From contig NC_135655.1 of assembly GCF_964188315.1 (NCBI RefSeq), positions 82,398,001-82,462,000 of the forward strand: 64,000 nt of DNA, in the 5' to 3' direction. The translations under genes and the position numbers were made by a program. The notes under the pieces are model-generated. The model worked only from the letters and a program-made list of their open reading frames with translations. It made no database searches and was not told where the DNA came from. This DNA comes from Podarcis muralis. Taxonomy: Eukaryota. Positions 24,000 through 37,601 of this stretch are shown here, piece after piece. Positions within the stretch are counted from its first letter, which is position 1; every line of letters begins with the position of its first letter.

Positions 24000-24790
24000 T
24001 AGCATGGTTGGCTGGCATCTGTGTGTCTTGGGAGACAATGGATGAGTTTGTCCTCACGGGTGAAGTCAAACCGCTGGAGAGTTACAGTGGGTGGTTGGAC
24101 GTTGGGGAAGCCCTGATATTGGGTAGAGGGTAGCTTGTAACCTCTTCCTGCCCCTCTTTGGTTATGGGTATTTTGTTAAAGGGATCCGGGGAGAGTGGCC
24201 TATAACCAACACCCAGACGGGGACTAGGGTCATATCACTCCTCTAGCAGGGACTGCCCAGGGGATCCGCTATTTGATGTAGGTCATAGGCCCGCTCCCCA
24301 TGGTGGTCTATCATTAGATGGATTCCCAGCAGATGGGCTGGAGTGATTTAAATTGGCTTCACCCAATGTTTATGAAAAACCACTCACATCTGTAACTAAT
24401 AAAAGTGGTGGCCTATTTGATCCACAAATCGTATATACTGTTGCCTGTCTATTTATTCACCCCTAGGGAGCTGCAGGTCCAGGGGTCTTGGCATGCAATT
24501 ACAGCAGCTGCTGTGGCTGTAGAGACTGATACAAGAGAGACATGTTTAGTTGCATCTGTGGCGGATGAAGGCATCTAGTTTTGCTGCTACAGATGCACCA
24601 TGATATTTCTTCTTTCTGTGGTCCTCCCAGTGGTCTTTCCTCCTTTGGTCACTGCTGTGGATACATGATCTGACTGTCTCTAGGCACTGTGGTTGTCTGC
24701 CAGGAATTCCCACATGATGGGGTTAATGTTGCTAGCATTCATGTCACGTTTGCAGAAATCTTTTGTAATGCAGAGCTAGTCTTCCAGTTG
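24000..24790 (-). mobile_element. RTE-clade LINE 3' fragment, paralog of 28785-29400, interrupted at 24088-24504
   Basis: Collinear with 28785-29400 on both sides of the insertion. Confidence 0.7.
24088..24504 (+). mobile_element. 417-bp LTR-like repeat (B half of the 14.6-kb element)
   Basis: Absent from the paralogous site near 28870, which has a single TTACAG. TTACAG is duplicated at 24082-24087 and 24499-24504. Shares GTTAAAGGGATCC and CTGTAAC.AATAAA.GT.GTGGCC with 14660-14900. Confidence 0.75.
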
Positions 24791-27078
24791 GCTTGCTTTA
24801 TTTTCTGCTCAATGTTACCTTCTTTTATTTATTTAAAAATTTATACTTCACATTTTAAATATAAATCCAAGCCATCATGGTTTGCAGAGAACTATAACAT
24901 TGTTAAAAGACAATGAAAACAGTTCAGACTACTAAAATGATGGTTAGCACTCAATTTTAGTAATCAGTTCAAACCAACAGAGGGACCAAAAAAATTAGTA
25001 TAAAAACTAGGCAACCCAAACTAAAACACAGTAGAATAAAATGGATTGGCTGCTAATCTGAAGTTTAAAAGGTGGGAGTCTGGTGTTTCTCTCTGGAGAG
25101 GTAATGCTACAACCTGGGTGCCACATTGGAAAAGGCCCTGTCTTGCATCCCAACCAATTAGACTTCTGGATATGAGATACATATTGAAAGCCTCTGAAGT
25201 AGAGCACAGTCAATGCACAGAATTGTGTTTCTTTGCCACTGACAGCATAGAGCAATATTACAATCTCATCTTGTTACTATCCTGCTCAGATATTACTAAG
25301 AAGGTTGAAGAGGGAGCTAGCAAGCTTCATCCCAGCTGGAGCCAGCTCCAAAACTGCATAGACTCTCTAGGGAGTCTCCTCTCCTCTCCTCTCCCAATTA
25401 ACTCCCATTTCTGCAAAATATTGCATAGACTCTCCGGGGGGGGGGGTTGCATCTTTCCCTCCCAGTTGACCTCAGTCTCCAGGGTGAGAGCAGCTGAAGG
25501 AAAAGAACTGGGCTGGTCACAAGAGGAGGAAGAGGGTTTTTTGAGTGTTCATGCACACCTGGCATGAGATGCAGGGCTGTAAATAAGGAGAGTGCATTGG
25601 AGAACTAGAGTGGTAGGAGCCTAGGACTGCTGCCTTCACCACCTACATCATCTCCTGGATGCCATGTGGAGCATGGAATGCTGAGAGACAGGACTGGAGG
25701 CTGGAGAGTCTGCACTGGAAAAGGTGTTTCTTATTTATTTTCATTTCAAGTGGAGACCAAAGGGGTCATTTCAAGAAGAACTGGATGGGGGGGGGGGGGA
25801 GGCTGCATCAGAGGCTGAATAAAAAAATGCTGGAGTGAAAGAAAGGAGTGGTGAAAGGGGGGAGTATGTTTAAGAAAAATGGATAAGTTTTTCAGACTAA
25901 AACCAGGACTGAAGATAGAGCTATATTGATTCACAAAGGTGCCTTCAACTACCCCAGTTATATTTTTTGGGCTACCAACACCTGTGTTTTTAAACTCAGT
26001 GCTTAGGTAATAAATTGTGTTGTGTAATGTAGAAATTTAGAAATGTCTGCTTTTGGTGTGAAAAGAGGTCCTTGCCATTGTTATTTTGGTGAACTACAAT
26101 TCCCATCTTAAACACTGACTTTGAGGAATAAATGTTGTGTGTGTGTTTCAGTTTAAAGCAGAGGCTGGGTAGGAGTGCTTTAGTTGAAGTGCAGTACTTG
26201 GAAAATCCTGTTTTGATATCCAGTGCAGTCTTCCCGTTCTTTAAAACACTAACAGAGAAAGTTCCAGTATTTTCCCTTTAAGTGACTTTAGCAAAAACAG
26301 ACGTCACTGGATACAGATTCCAGCCAGGAGCATTTGTTGTTCCAATTATTGTTAAACATTTTGTTCCTGGTTTCAGCCAACAGGAGACTGAATCACTGTG
26401 ACGTAGTAACATGCAGAAACTCTTCGTGTATACAGGGAGTAAAGAATGTCAGGACTGTGACATTCAGGACTGTGACAGGACTGTGTCAGGACTTTGACAG
26501 ATGTGGTCCTCATGTAACTCTAAGTCCATAGGACCCTTCCAAACTAACACTAACTCACTAGACAATGTCTTTCATTAGCCTACCCTCCTCAAGGACTTTT
26601 GCCTGCCAGGAAGGTGATACTGAATTCACCTACTGGGCTTAAGGTCATAGGAGGTGATAGGAAGAATCGGTCCCAGATTTTTGAGTGGATTTTTGAGGTC
26701 CACTAGCGATGGAGGTTAAATTGAATTTTGTTTGCATTTTAGTGGAAATGACTTAATTTGTACTTCTTGAACCAATATGCAAACCAAAATTCAGCTGTCC
26801 TTAGAAATGTGGGCTTCCCTGTATTTTATGATGCCACATTCTTAAAAGAACATTAGGTACAAAAATGCATATATTAGTGAAAATAACCTTCAAAACTGGA
26901 TTACATTAGGGAAAATCACTTCAAAAAATTCATATTAGTCAAAACTGCATAGAAAAATGTGCTTATTAGAAGAAATTTGCACTAAACTGCTAGAAAATTT
27001 CCATGAGGATTAAAAATATATACGGTACTTGTTTCACCATTTCATTTTCTTCCTCCTAGGGAAACTTTGCGGTAAATA

Positions 27079-28014
27079 ATGGAATACACGAATCACAGCA
27101 TTGTGACTGAATTCATCCTTCTGGGCTTCATGGACCATCCAGAGTTGTGGACCATTCTCTTTCTGGCATTTATCTTGATCTACATTGTCACAGTCTCAGG
27201 AAATCTTGGCATCATCATCCTAGCTACTCTTGATGCAAACCTTCATACCCCAATGTACTTTTTCCTCAGCAACCTTTCCTTGGTTGACGTTGGCTATTCC
27301 ACTACTATTGCTCCTAGGTTGCTGATGACATTCCTACAAAAGAATAGCACTATTCCGTTCACAGAGTGTACCGTGCAATTCTTCTTTTTCTGTATGTTTG
27401 CTACAGTTGAAACTTGCCTTCTAGCTATTATGGCTTATGATCGCTTCACTGCCATTTGCAACCCATTACTTTATTGTGCTGCCATGTCTAAAAAGCTCTG
27501 TATAGTCTTAGTAACAGGTGCATATATTTGTGGATTTGTGAATTCAGCTGTTCAGGCTCCGTTGATATTTAGCCTTTCTTTCTGCAGCTCAAATATTATC
27601 AATCATTTCTTTTGTGACATCCCTCCCATCCTGAAACTTTCCTGTTCAAGCACAGAAGTGGCTAACACTGTGCATTTCATCTTATGTACTGTGATAGTTG
27701 TGACCACTTTGTTGATTATCCTCATCTCCTATATCTACATTATTTTTGCCATCCTGCGGATTCGCTCTGTCCAGGGCAGACACAAAGCTTTTTCCACCTG
27801 TGCCTCCCACCTCACGTCTGTCACAATCTTCTATGGGACCATCATCTTTATGTATATGAGGCCGAATTCCAGTGTCTCAACGGATGAAGATAAAATTGTT
27901 TCAGTGTTCTATACTCTTGTGATCCCCATGCTAAATCCATTGATTTACAGTCTGAGAAATAAAGATGTGAAGGATGCTTTCATCAGGATGATAGGGAAGA
28001 TTTCATTAAATTAA
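27079..28014 (+). CDS. Olfactory receptor, class II, intact, 311 aa
   Basis: All canonical OR motifs; acceptor TTCCTCCTAG at 27058. Confidence 0.97.
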   Translation: MEYTNHSIVTEFILLGFMDHPELWTILFLAFILIYIVTVSGNLGIIILATLDANLHTPMYFFLSNLSLVDVGYSTTIAPRLLMTFLQKNSTIPFTECTVQFFFFCMFATVETCLLAIMAYDRFTAICNPLLYCAAMSKKLCIVLVTGAYICGFVNSAVQAPLIFSLSFCSSNIINHFFCDIPPILKLSCSSTEVANTVHFILCTVIVVTTLLIILISYIYIIFAILRIRSVQGRHKAFSTCASHLTSVTIFYGTIIFMYMRPNSSVSTDEDKIVSVFYTLVIPMLNPLIYSLRNKDVKDAFIRMIGKISLN

Positions 28015-28119
28015 TACATTTCCTTTTCAAGATGAGTTTCAGTTTCCAATAGATATTAACCAAGAAATAAAATGTGTATTTGTTTCATTTGTATGTGTGT
28101 GTGTGTAATTGTCCTACTG

Positions 28120-28706
28120 CAGAGGTGGCAAACCTTTTAGAGACTGAGTGCCCAAACTGCAACCCAAAACCCACGTATCAAAATGCCACGTATCAAAATG
28201 GCACTTATAAACAAATGAATATACTGCAATTTTTTGTGTATACCATGCCCCCAGAGTTGTTGAGCTTTTTGGGGGAGGATTGCTCAGAGTTGTTGAGTTG
28301 TTGAAGCTTTTTTGGGGGGGGGGAGGTTGCAGAAAAACACTCACACGCAGAAATGAAGCAGATGCAACTGATTGTCTCAATGTTCAACGGCAGGGAGCAA
28401 TCAACAAAAAACGTTGACGCAGCAACCAACATGTGCACCTTTTCATTTTCCTACACAAACAGTTTCACACCCACAGTGGTGGTGTGGGGGGTAGCGGCGT
28501 GGACAGAAACTAGCTGCTTGGTGGAAATGCTACTTCCCCCAAGGCTGCTGCAGGCAGAGAGTGTTCTAGGGAGCATTTCCACCCCACAATGGCATGGGGG
28601 CCAGATGTACACCTAGAATGGCACTGCTGGGGCGATGGCGCGCGTTCCCACAGAGAGGCCTCCATGTGCTCACTCTGGCACACGTGCCATAGGTTTGCCA
28701 CCACTG
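28120..28706. mobile_element. Non-autonomous hAT element
   Basis: TIRs CAGAGGTGGCAAACCT / AGGTTTGCCACCACTG; TSD TCCTACTG / TCCTAGTG (7/8). Confidence 0.88.
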
Positions 28707-28784
28707 TCCTAGTGGGTTGCCTTTTTTTTTTTTTTTTTTGCCTATTCCTCTCTGAGTAGTCAGTAGGTGGCATTAGTATTCCAC

Positions 28785-29400
28785 AGCATGATTGGCTGTC
28801 ATCTGTTGGCCCTGGGAAACAATGGATGAGTGTGCCTTCATGGGTGAAGTCAAAGTGCTGGAGATTTACAGCACCTGCTTTGGCTGTAGAGACTGATACA
28901 GGCGAGGCATGTTTTGCTGCTTCTGGGGCAGATGAAGGCATCTGGTTTTGCTGCTAAAGATGCACCATGGTGTTCCTTCTTTCTGCACTCCATCCAGCCG
29001 TCCTTCCTCCTCTCGTCACTGCTGTGAATGCACAGCCTGACTGTCTCCAGGCACTATGGCCACCTGCAAGGTGTTCCCACACAACAGGGTTAATGTTGCC
29101 AGCCTTCCCGTCCTGTTTACAGACATCTTTCACAACACAGAGTTGGTTTGCCAATTGGCCTGGTGCCAGAAGCCAGCTCCCTTTGCAGCATGTCCTTAGG
29201 GATCCTGTTGTTTTCCATTCTGTGGTCATGACCAAGCCAGCATAGATGTCACTGAGAGATTCTGGGAGGTGAACGTGATGGGAATGTCGGTTTGGAAGAC
29301 CACATCTTTGTTTGAGACTCTGTCCTTCTTTGCCATGCCCCAAATCTTCCTGACGCATTGCATTTGGGAGGTGTTGAAGCCTTGCTCCTGAAGTCTATAG
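28785..29400 (-). mobile_element. RTE-clade LINE 3' fragment
   Basis: Frameshifted translation resembles the RTE ORF C-terminus (QCVRKIWG..KDRVSNKDV; WLGH..RMENNRIPKDML..ELASG.RPIG; KDVCK.D.KAGNINP..WE). Confidence 0.75.
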
Positions 29401-32233
29401 GTTGCCCTCTGCTCTCATGATATATAAATATGTTGATTCAGTCACTTTGGTGTAGGAAGGCGCTTTAACCTTAGGCGCCTTTTTGGGGTGAGGGGATGCC
29501 CCTGAAGCTGAATCTTGGGACTTAGGGGCCCTGGGCTGGAGTCACGCAGGGGAAACCTGCTTATTTGCCTTCAGGGTGTGGCCAGGTAAAGTGGCTAGAT
29601 GGTACTACCGCCACATCTCCACTTCCCACAGGCAGGGGTTGCCTTCCCTTATGGGTTTCAGGCTTTGCCTGGTGTTTGTAGTTAATTTTTGCACTTAGAG
29701 GGGTCTTCCCTCTGGAGGTTTTGATTGGTTTGGCCATCAGGTCACCATCACAATACTCACAGATATAAATGGTGGAATGCTTGAGCTGGGAGGGAGTGCT
29801 TTATTTCCTGCTCAATGTTACCTTTTTTTAATTATTTTTTTAAAATATACTTCTTTCATTTATTCAAAAATTTATACTTCACTTTTGAAATATAAATCAG
29901 AGCCATCCTGGTTTGCAGAGAATCATAAAATTGTTAAAAGACAATGAAAACAGTTCAAACTACTAAAATCATGGTTAGCACTCAATTTTAGTAATCAGTT
30001 AAAACCAACAGAGGGACCCAAAAAAATTAGTATAAAAACTAGGCAACCCAGACTAAAACACAGTAGAATAAAAGGGATTGGCTGCTAATCTGAAGTTTAA
30101 AAGGCCCTGTCTTGCATTCCCAACCAATCATTCTTCTGGATATGAGACACATATTGAAAGCCTCTGAAGTTGAGCACAGTCAATGCACAGAATTGTGTTT
30201 CTTTGCCACTGACAGCATGGATGACATTACAGTCTCATCATGTTACCACCCTGCTCAGATAACATCAGGTATTTTATAAACAAATTCAAAAGAACCAGTC
30301 TTAGCATAGCTCCTTGTGTGACCCACTGATTGCATCCCGTCAGGAACTGTCCCCACTTATTCCCATTACTGCTAAGCTTACTCAGGAGTCTCTGACTAGA
30401 TAGTGCATGTTTTTGAATGGTTAACAACTCCTGTACAAGCTCTACTGTCTTGTGATGTGTATCCTTTGGAGTGTATCACACACAGCACACCACTAGAAGA
30501 ATGATATTGCAGCTTGAGTGCCAAGCTGAAAAATGCAAGGTGCATGTAACAGATTATTCAAAATCCTCCACTGAGACTGGGAAGAATGGAGAGTGGGAAG
30601 AATTTTAGCAAAGGAAATTCTCCACCCACATCAGTGGCTGGGGAAACTGAGCCATTTTGTTTTGACTAATATGAATTTTTTGAAGTGATTCTCCCTAATG
30701 TAATACAGTTTTGAAGGTTATTTTCACTAATATATGTATTTTTGTACCTAAAGTCCTCCATTTTTCTTAAATACACTTCCCTTCTTTTCTTTCCCACATC
30801 CAAGCTGATTTATTATACCCATTCCCAGGGTTGCCAACTGGATTATTTCAAGGATGAGCTAGTGTGGGGACTTCCATGGAGATGAAAAGGTGAAAAGCCC
30901 TGTAGTGGCATTGGGAATTTCTCAATCCAGCATTTTCTTTTATTCAGCCTCTGATGCAGCCTCCCACCCCATCAACTTCGAGAAATGATCCCTCTCGTCT
31001 CCACTGCACTGCAAATGAACATAAATAATAAACACCTCCTCTGGTCCACACTCTCCAGTTTCCAGTCCTGTCTCTCAGCACTCCAGCCTCCATAGGGCAT
31101 CCCAAAAAATACTGCAGGTGGTGGAGGCAGCAGTGCTAGTCTCCTGCCACTCCAGCTCTTTAGTTTGCTCTACTTGGTTTCCAGCCCTGCATCTCACACC
31201 AGGTGTGTAAATTGACTCAAAGCCCCATCTTCCTCTCGAGGCCAGCCCAGTTCTTTTTCTTCATCTGCTCCCCCTCCCACCACTGAGCCCTGGAGACTGA
31301 GGCTAATAGGGAGGGGAGGACACAGCCCCATGGAGATCCTATGCAATATTTTGCAGAGATGGGAGTTAAATTGGGAGAGGGAAGGAAGGCAGACTCCTCA
31401 GAGAATGTATGCAATAATTTGCAGTTGATTCCAGCTGGGCTGAACTGACTAGCTCCACCTGCAGTCTTCTTTAAAAAAATATATTTTTTTAAGACACTCT
31501 TGCCCACCAGTAGATCCAGGCTCCCCCACTGCCACCTGGAAAAAGCCAGGCAAAACTGGAGACTTCAGGTCAGCCCTTGGGGATCATACAGCCCCAAATC
31601 TTCCCCCTGTATATTTTCAAATTCTATACCAACACAATGAGTAAAGCATTTTACTATTCCCCTATATTATAGAATCATGGAATTGTCAAGTTGGAAGGGA
31701 AGTCAGTCCTGCCCAGTGCCATTTCTGCATCTGTACAAACAAACTTCTTTTCCAAAATTCAAAGGGAGATCTTCTTCCTGTGAAACCCCACAGAAGCATG
31801 ACATGGACAGAACTCTGCCCCTCAGCTAAAGCTCCTCTAGTCCTTACCCCACCAGGCAAAAGGGGCCCCAGCCTATTTCAGCCTAAAATAAAACCCACTG
31901 CAATTCACACAATCCTGTGCACCAATTGTGATCAAGCTCAGAGGTTCTTTTGTGTGTCTCACCATGCTGAGAAGCGTAACTGATTGGGATACAAGACAGG
32001 GCCCTTTCTTTCTAAGCACTCTCCTGAGAGACATTCATCTTATCTCCCCACTTTCAACTTCAGATTAGCAGCTAGAACCATTTTACTCTGCCTAGTTTTT
32101 GTGTGGCTTTATTTTACCCTTCTGTTGGTGTAAACTGTTAATTAAAAGTGAATACAAAAAATGATTTTAGCAGTTTGGACTATTTATATTGGCTTTTTAA
32201 GATGGGAGCCACTGTGAATTAATCTGATAAATA

Positions 32234-32401
32234 CCGTATTTTTCACTCTATAACACGCACCCGACCATAACACGCACATAGTTTTTAGAGGAGGAAAATC
32301 CGTAGGCATGCCACCCGTAGGCATTCCCTCCATAACATGCACAGACATTTCCCCTAATTTCTAAGAGGAAAAAAGTGAGTGTTATGGTGCAAAAAATACA
32401 G
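32234..32401. mobile_element. Tc1/Mariner (Tigger-like) MITE
   Basis: TA|CCGTATTTTT ... AAAAAATACAG|TA; absent from the paralogous flank near 40290. Confidence 0.85.
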
Positions 32402-32909
32402 TAAATATGAGGTATAATTTTTAAAGTAAATAAAAGAGAGTAACATAGAGTGGACAAAGACCATTCACTCAAAGTCTAGTAGTTCCAGTATTTAGATCAC
32501 TGAGTATTGCTGTTGTGACCTGATGGCTGAATACAAAGTCAGACACTTTAGGTTAGCTTTCAAGCCACTTTATTGATTCTGAAACCAAACCAATCAAAAG
32601 CTGCAGAAGGAAACTTCTGTAAGTGCAGAAATCAACTGTAAACTCCGAGGGGAGCCCCTGGGCCAAAGAGTCCAAAAAGCCAGCCTTCGGGCCAACTCCT
32701 AAGAAGATCGCTTAGGCTAAACTTGCTTCCTGCACCTAACCACCAAAAGTGAATGAATCAACCCGTTTACACACTATGGACTACAACTGCCACTCAGCAG
32801 ATGTAGACAAACAGGCAACTCAGTAGGCTGCTCACAAAAAACAAATACACATTTTCTTTCTTGGTTAATATCTATTGGAAACTGAAACTCATCTTGAAAA
32901 GGAAATGAA

Positions 32910-33845
32910 TCAATTTAATGAAATCTTCCCTCTCGTCCTTATGAAAGCATCCTTCACATCTTTATTTCTCAAACTGTAAATCAATGGATTTAGCATTGGG
33001 ATCACAAGAGTATAGAACACTGAAACAATTTTATCTTCATCGTTTGAGACCCCAGAATTGGGCCTCAGATACATAAAGATGATAGTCCCATAGAAGATTG
33101 TAACGGCCATGAAGTGAGAGGCACAAGTGGAAAAGGCTTTGTGTCTGCCCTGGGCAGAGCGAATCTGCAGGATGGCAAAAATGATGTAGGTATAGGAGAT
33201 GAGGATAATCAACAAAGTGCTCATGATTATTGAAGTAGCAAAGATGAAATGCACAGTGTTAGCCACTGCTGTGCTTGAACAGGAAAGTTTTAGGATGGGA
33301 GGAACGTCACAAAAGAAATGATTGATAACATTTGAGCTGCAGAAGGACAGGCTAAATATGAATGAAGTCTGAGCAGCTGAATTTACAAAGCCACAAATAT
33401 ATGCACTTGTTACTAACACCAGACAGAGCTTTTTAGACATGGCAACGAAATAAAGTAATGGGTTGCAAATGGCAGTAAAGCGATCATAAGCCATAACAGC
33501 TAGGAGGCAAGTTTCAACTGTGACAAACAGACAGAAAAAGAAGAATTGCACAGTACACTCTGTGAACGAAATAGTGCTATTCTTTTGTAGAAAGGTCATC
33601 AGCAACCTAGGAGCGATAGTAGTGGAATAGCCAATGTCAACCAAGGATAAGTTGCTGAGGAAAAAGTACATTGGTGTATGAAGGTTTGCATCAAGAGCAG
33701 CTAGGATGATGATGCCAAGATTTCCTGAGACTGTGACAATGTAGATCAAGATAAATGCCAGGAAGAGAATGGTCCACAACTTTGGATGATCCATGAAGCC
33801 CAGAAGGATGAATTCAGTCACAATGCTTTGATTCATGTATTCCAT
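32910..33845 (-). CDS. Olfactory receptor, class II, intact, 311 aa
   Basis: All canonical OR motifs; inverted paralog of 27079. Confidence 0.97.
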   Translation of the reverse strand: MEYMNQSIVTEFILLGFMDHPKLWTILFLAFILIYIVTVSGNLGIIILAALDANLHTPMYFFLSNLSLVDIGYSTTIAPRLLMTFLQKNSTISFTECTVQFFFFCLFVTVETCLLAVMAYDRFTAICNPLLYFVAMSKKLCLVLVTSAYICGFVNSAAQTSFIFSLSFCSSNVINHFFCDVPPILKLSCSSTAVANTVHFIFATSIIMSTLLIILISYTYIIFAILQIRSAQGRHKAFSTCASHFMAVTIFYGTIIFMYLRPNSGVSNDEDKIVSVFYTLVIPMLNPLIYSLRNKDVKDAFIRTRGKISLN

Positions 33846-34958
33846 TATTTACACCAAAGTTTCCCTAGGAGGAAGAAAATGAAATTGTGAAACAAGTACT
33901 GTATATATTTTTATTCTTCATGAAAATTTCCTAGCAGTTTAGTGCAAATTTCTTCTAATAAGAACATTTTTCTATGCAGTTTTGACTAATATGAATTTTT
34001 TGAAGTGATTTTCCCTAATGTAATCCAGTTTTGAAGGTTATTTTCACTAATGCATGCATTTTTTTACCTAATGAAGGTGGCATCATAAAACACAGGGAAG
34101 TTCACATTTCTAAGGATAGCTGAATTTTGGTTTGCATATTGGTTTAAGAAGTACAAATTAAATCATTTCCACTAAAATGCAAACAAAATTCAATTTAACC
34201 TCCATCGCTAGTGGACCTCAAAAATCCACTCAAAAATCTGGGACTGATTCTTCCTATCACCTCCTATGACCTTAAGCCCAGTGGGAGAATTCAGTATCAC
34301 CTTCCCGGCAGGCAAAAGTCCTTGAGGAGGGTAGGCTAATGATAGGCATTGTCTAGTGAGGAAGTGTTACCTTGGAAGGGTCCTATGGACTTAGAGTTAC
34401 ATGAGGACCACATTTGTCACAGTCCTTACACAGTCCTGTCACAGTCCTGAATGTCACAGTCCTGACATTCTTTACTCCCTTACACGAAGAGTGTCTGCAT
34501 GTTACTATGTCACAGTGATTCAGTCTCCTGTCGGCTGAAACCATGAACAAAATGTTTAACAGTAATTGGAACAACAAATGCTCCTGGCTGGAATCTGTCT
34601 CCGGTGACATCTGTTTTTGCTAAAGTCACTTAAAGGGAAAATACTGGAACTTTCTCTGTTAGTGTTTTAAAGAATGGGAAGACTGCACTGGATATCAAAA
34701 CAGGATTTTCCAAGTACTGCACTTCAACTAAAGCACTCCTACCCAGCCTCTGCTTTAAACTGAAACACACACAACATTTATTCCTCAAAGTCAGTGTTTA
34801 AGATGGGAATTGTAGTCCACCAAAATAACAATGGCAAGGACCTCTTTTCACACCAAAAGCAGACATTTCTAAATTTCTACATTACACAACACAATTTATT
34901 ACCTAAGCACTGAGTTTAAAAACACAGGTGTTGGTAGCCCAAAAAATATAACTGGGCT

Positions 34959-34996
34959 GTATCTGAAGAAGTGTGCATGCACACGAAAGCTCATAC
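34959..34996 (+). ncRNA. Minimal type I hammerhead ribozyme motif
   Basis: Stem I GTAT/ATAC, core CTGAAGA, stem II GTGTG/CACAC with loop CATG, GAAA, palindromic AGCT, predicted cleavage after C34992. Confidence 0.75.
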
Positions 34997-35083
34997 CAAG
35001 AACTAACTTAGTTGGTCTTTAAGGTGCTACTGGAAGGAATTTTTTTGTTTTGACTGTGGCAGACCAACACGGCTACCTATCTG
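34959..35083 (+). mobile_element. Penelope-like element terminal fragment
   Basis: Absent from the paralogous flank near 25955. TAACTGGGCT is duplicated at 34949-34958 and 35084-35093. Carries a hammerhead core and an AGACCAACACGGCTAC end. Confidence 0.65.
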
Positions 35084-37242
35084 TAACTGGGCTAGTTGAA
35101 GCCGCCTTTGTGAATCAATATAGCTCTATCTTCAGTCCTGGTTTTAGACTGAAAAACTCATCCATTTTTCTTAAACATACTCCCCCCTTCCACCACTCCT
35201 TTGTTTCACTCTAGCATTTTTTTATCAGCCTCTGATGCAGCCCCCTCGTCCCCCCTCTACCCCATGCACTTCTTTAAATGACCCCTCTAGTCTCTACATG
35301 AAATAAAAATAAATAACAAACACCTTTTCCAGTGCAGACTCTCCAGCCTCCAGTCCTGTCTCTCAGCACTCCATGCTCCACAAGGCATCCTGGAGATGCT
35401 GTAGGTGGTGAAGGCAGGAGTCCTAGGCTCCTACCACTCCAGTTCTTCAATGCACTCTCCTTGATTTACAGCCCTGCATCTCATGCCAGGTGTGCATGAA
35501 CACTCAAAAAACCCTCTTCCTCCTCTTGTGACCAGCCCAGTTATTTTCCTTCACCTGCTCTCACCCTGGAGACTGAGGTCAACTGGGAGGGAAAGATGCA
35601 ACCCCCCCTGGAGAGTCTATGCAATATTTTGCAGAAATGGGAGTTAATTGGGAGAGGAGAGGAGAGGAGAGGAAAGCAGACTCCTCAGAGAATCTATGGA
35701 ACTTTTTAGTTGCTCCAGCTGGGATGAAGCTTGCAAGCTCCCTCTTCAACCTTCTTAGTCATATCTGAGCAGGATGGTAACAAGATGAGATTGTAATATT
35801 GCTCTATGCTGTCAGTGGCAAAGAAACACAATCCTGTGCATTGACTATGCTCAACTTCAGAGGCTTCCAATATGTGTCTCATTTACAATTAATTTGGCTT
35901 TTTGCTCAGAATATATTGCTTGAATCCCTTTTTTAAAATTTTCTCCAAAATTCATTTCTTCAAGGACTTTTTTCATAAATTCCCATGAAATGTCATCAAA
36001 TGCTTTCTCAGCATCTATAAACATCAATGCTGCCTGCTTTTCATTTCTTATTTTCAAGTATTCTACGATATCATTAATATTTCTTATATTATCCTTCATT
36101 TGTCTCCCCGGAAGGAAGCCTGCCTGGTCATGATGTATAAATTTCTTCAGTATTATTTTCATCCTATTAGCCAATATGTTAGCAAACAGTTTGTAATCAT
36201 TATTTAATAATGAAATAGGTCCATAATTTTTTATTGAGGTCAAACCTGTCTCTTGTTTTGGGTTTAAAGTTATATATGCATCTCTCCAAGCCTCTGGGAC
36301 CTTGCCTAACTTCAAGATTTCTTTCATTGTAGCTTGTAATGGTGCTAATAATTGTTTATCTAATTTTTTATAGTATTTAGCTGACAGTCCATCTGGTCCT
36401 GGCGATTTCACTGTTTTTGCCTGATTGATTGCTTCCAATAGCTCTGTGGATGTTATGGGGCATTTAAAATTGCTACTTTCTCATCTGTGATTTTTGATAG
36501 TTTACTTACTTTCAAATATTCCTCTATCTCCATTTTATTTTCTGATCCTGTTCTATATAAATCTGTAAAATATTTGACAAATTCTTTCCTAATCTCTTTT
36601 GGGTTGTCTAGAATTTTTTTCTTGACTTTAATTTTACTTACAGTATTTTTCATCTCGTTTTTGTTGAATTGCCATGCCAACAATTGCATGCTCAAAATAT
36701 ATTTGTTTCATTTAAAAAAAAATTCCACTCTACTTCTTTACTGATAATCATTGAATATTGTGTTTGTAATAGCTTGATAGCTTTCTTTGTACTCTCTTTG
36801 TTTGGTTTGTATATTAACTGTTTTTCTTTATTTATCAGGGCCTCTAAGATTTCCCTTATCTTTTGTTCTCTCAATTTCTTTTGTTATGCATTTTGTTGAG
36901 TTAAAAAAACCTCTCATCACAGCTTTACTGGCATCCCAAACCATCTGAAGGTCTGATCCTTTATTTAAATTTGTCTTGAAATAGTCCCCTAACGTTTTCT
37001 CTGCTTTTTCTACCAAATTTTGATCATCTAATAAATCTTCATTCAATCTCCATCTGACAGTAGAATGTTTTTCATTTTGTAATTCTTAAATTAATGGATT
37101 GTGATCTGATATTGTTCTTGGTCTTATTTCTTTTTTTAAACTATTAATTCTAATTCTTTAGAGACCCACATTGCTTTGATTCTTCCACTGCTTTTATGCA
37201 CATATGAAAAAAAATGTTAACTCTATACCTAATGGGTGCTTA

Positions 37243-37601
37243 AAGGTAAAGGTAAAGGGACCCCTGACCATTAGGTCAAGTCGTGGATGACTCTGGGGTT
37301 GCAGCGCTCATCTCGTTTTATTAGCCAAGGGAGCTGGCGTAGAGCTTCAGGGTCATGTGGCCAGCATGACTAAGCCGCTTCTGGTGAACCAGAGCAGTGC
37401 ACAGAAACACTGTTTACCTTCCCGCCAGAGTGGTACCTATTTATCTACTTGCACTTGGATATGCTTTCGAACTGCTAGGGTGGCAGAAGCAGGGAGATCA
37501 AGCAATGGGAGCTCACCCCGTCGCAGGGATTCAAACCACCGACCTTCTGATTGGCAAGCCCTAGGCTCTATGGTTTAACGTACAGCACCACCTGTGTCCT
37601 G
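37243..37601 (-). mobile_element. Sauria SINE nested in the L1 endonuclease region
   Basis: (ACCTTT)n tail; 12-bp TSD AATGGGTGCTTA (37231-37242, 37602-37613). Confidence 0.92.

Noticed and set aside
26440-26492. Four CAGGACT(G/T)TG repeats as a regulatory array upstream of OR 27079, with a copy at 34420-34470
   Set aside because: Conservation is explained by the recent segmental duplication; there is no independent evidence of function.
25170-35873. Inverted duplication as a pure assembly artefact
   Set aside because: The copies differ by many substitutions and by copy-specific insertions with their own TSDs.
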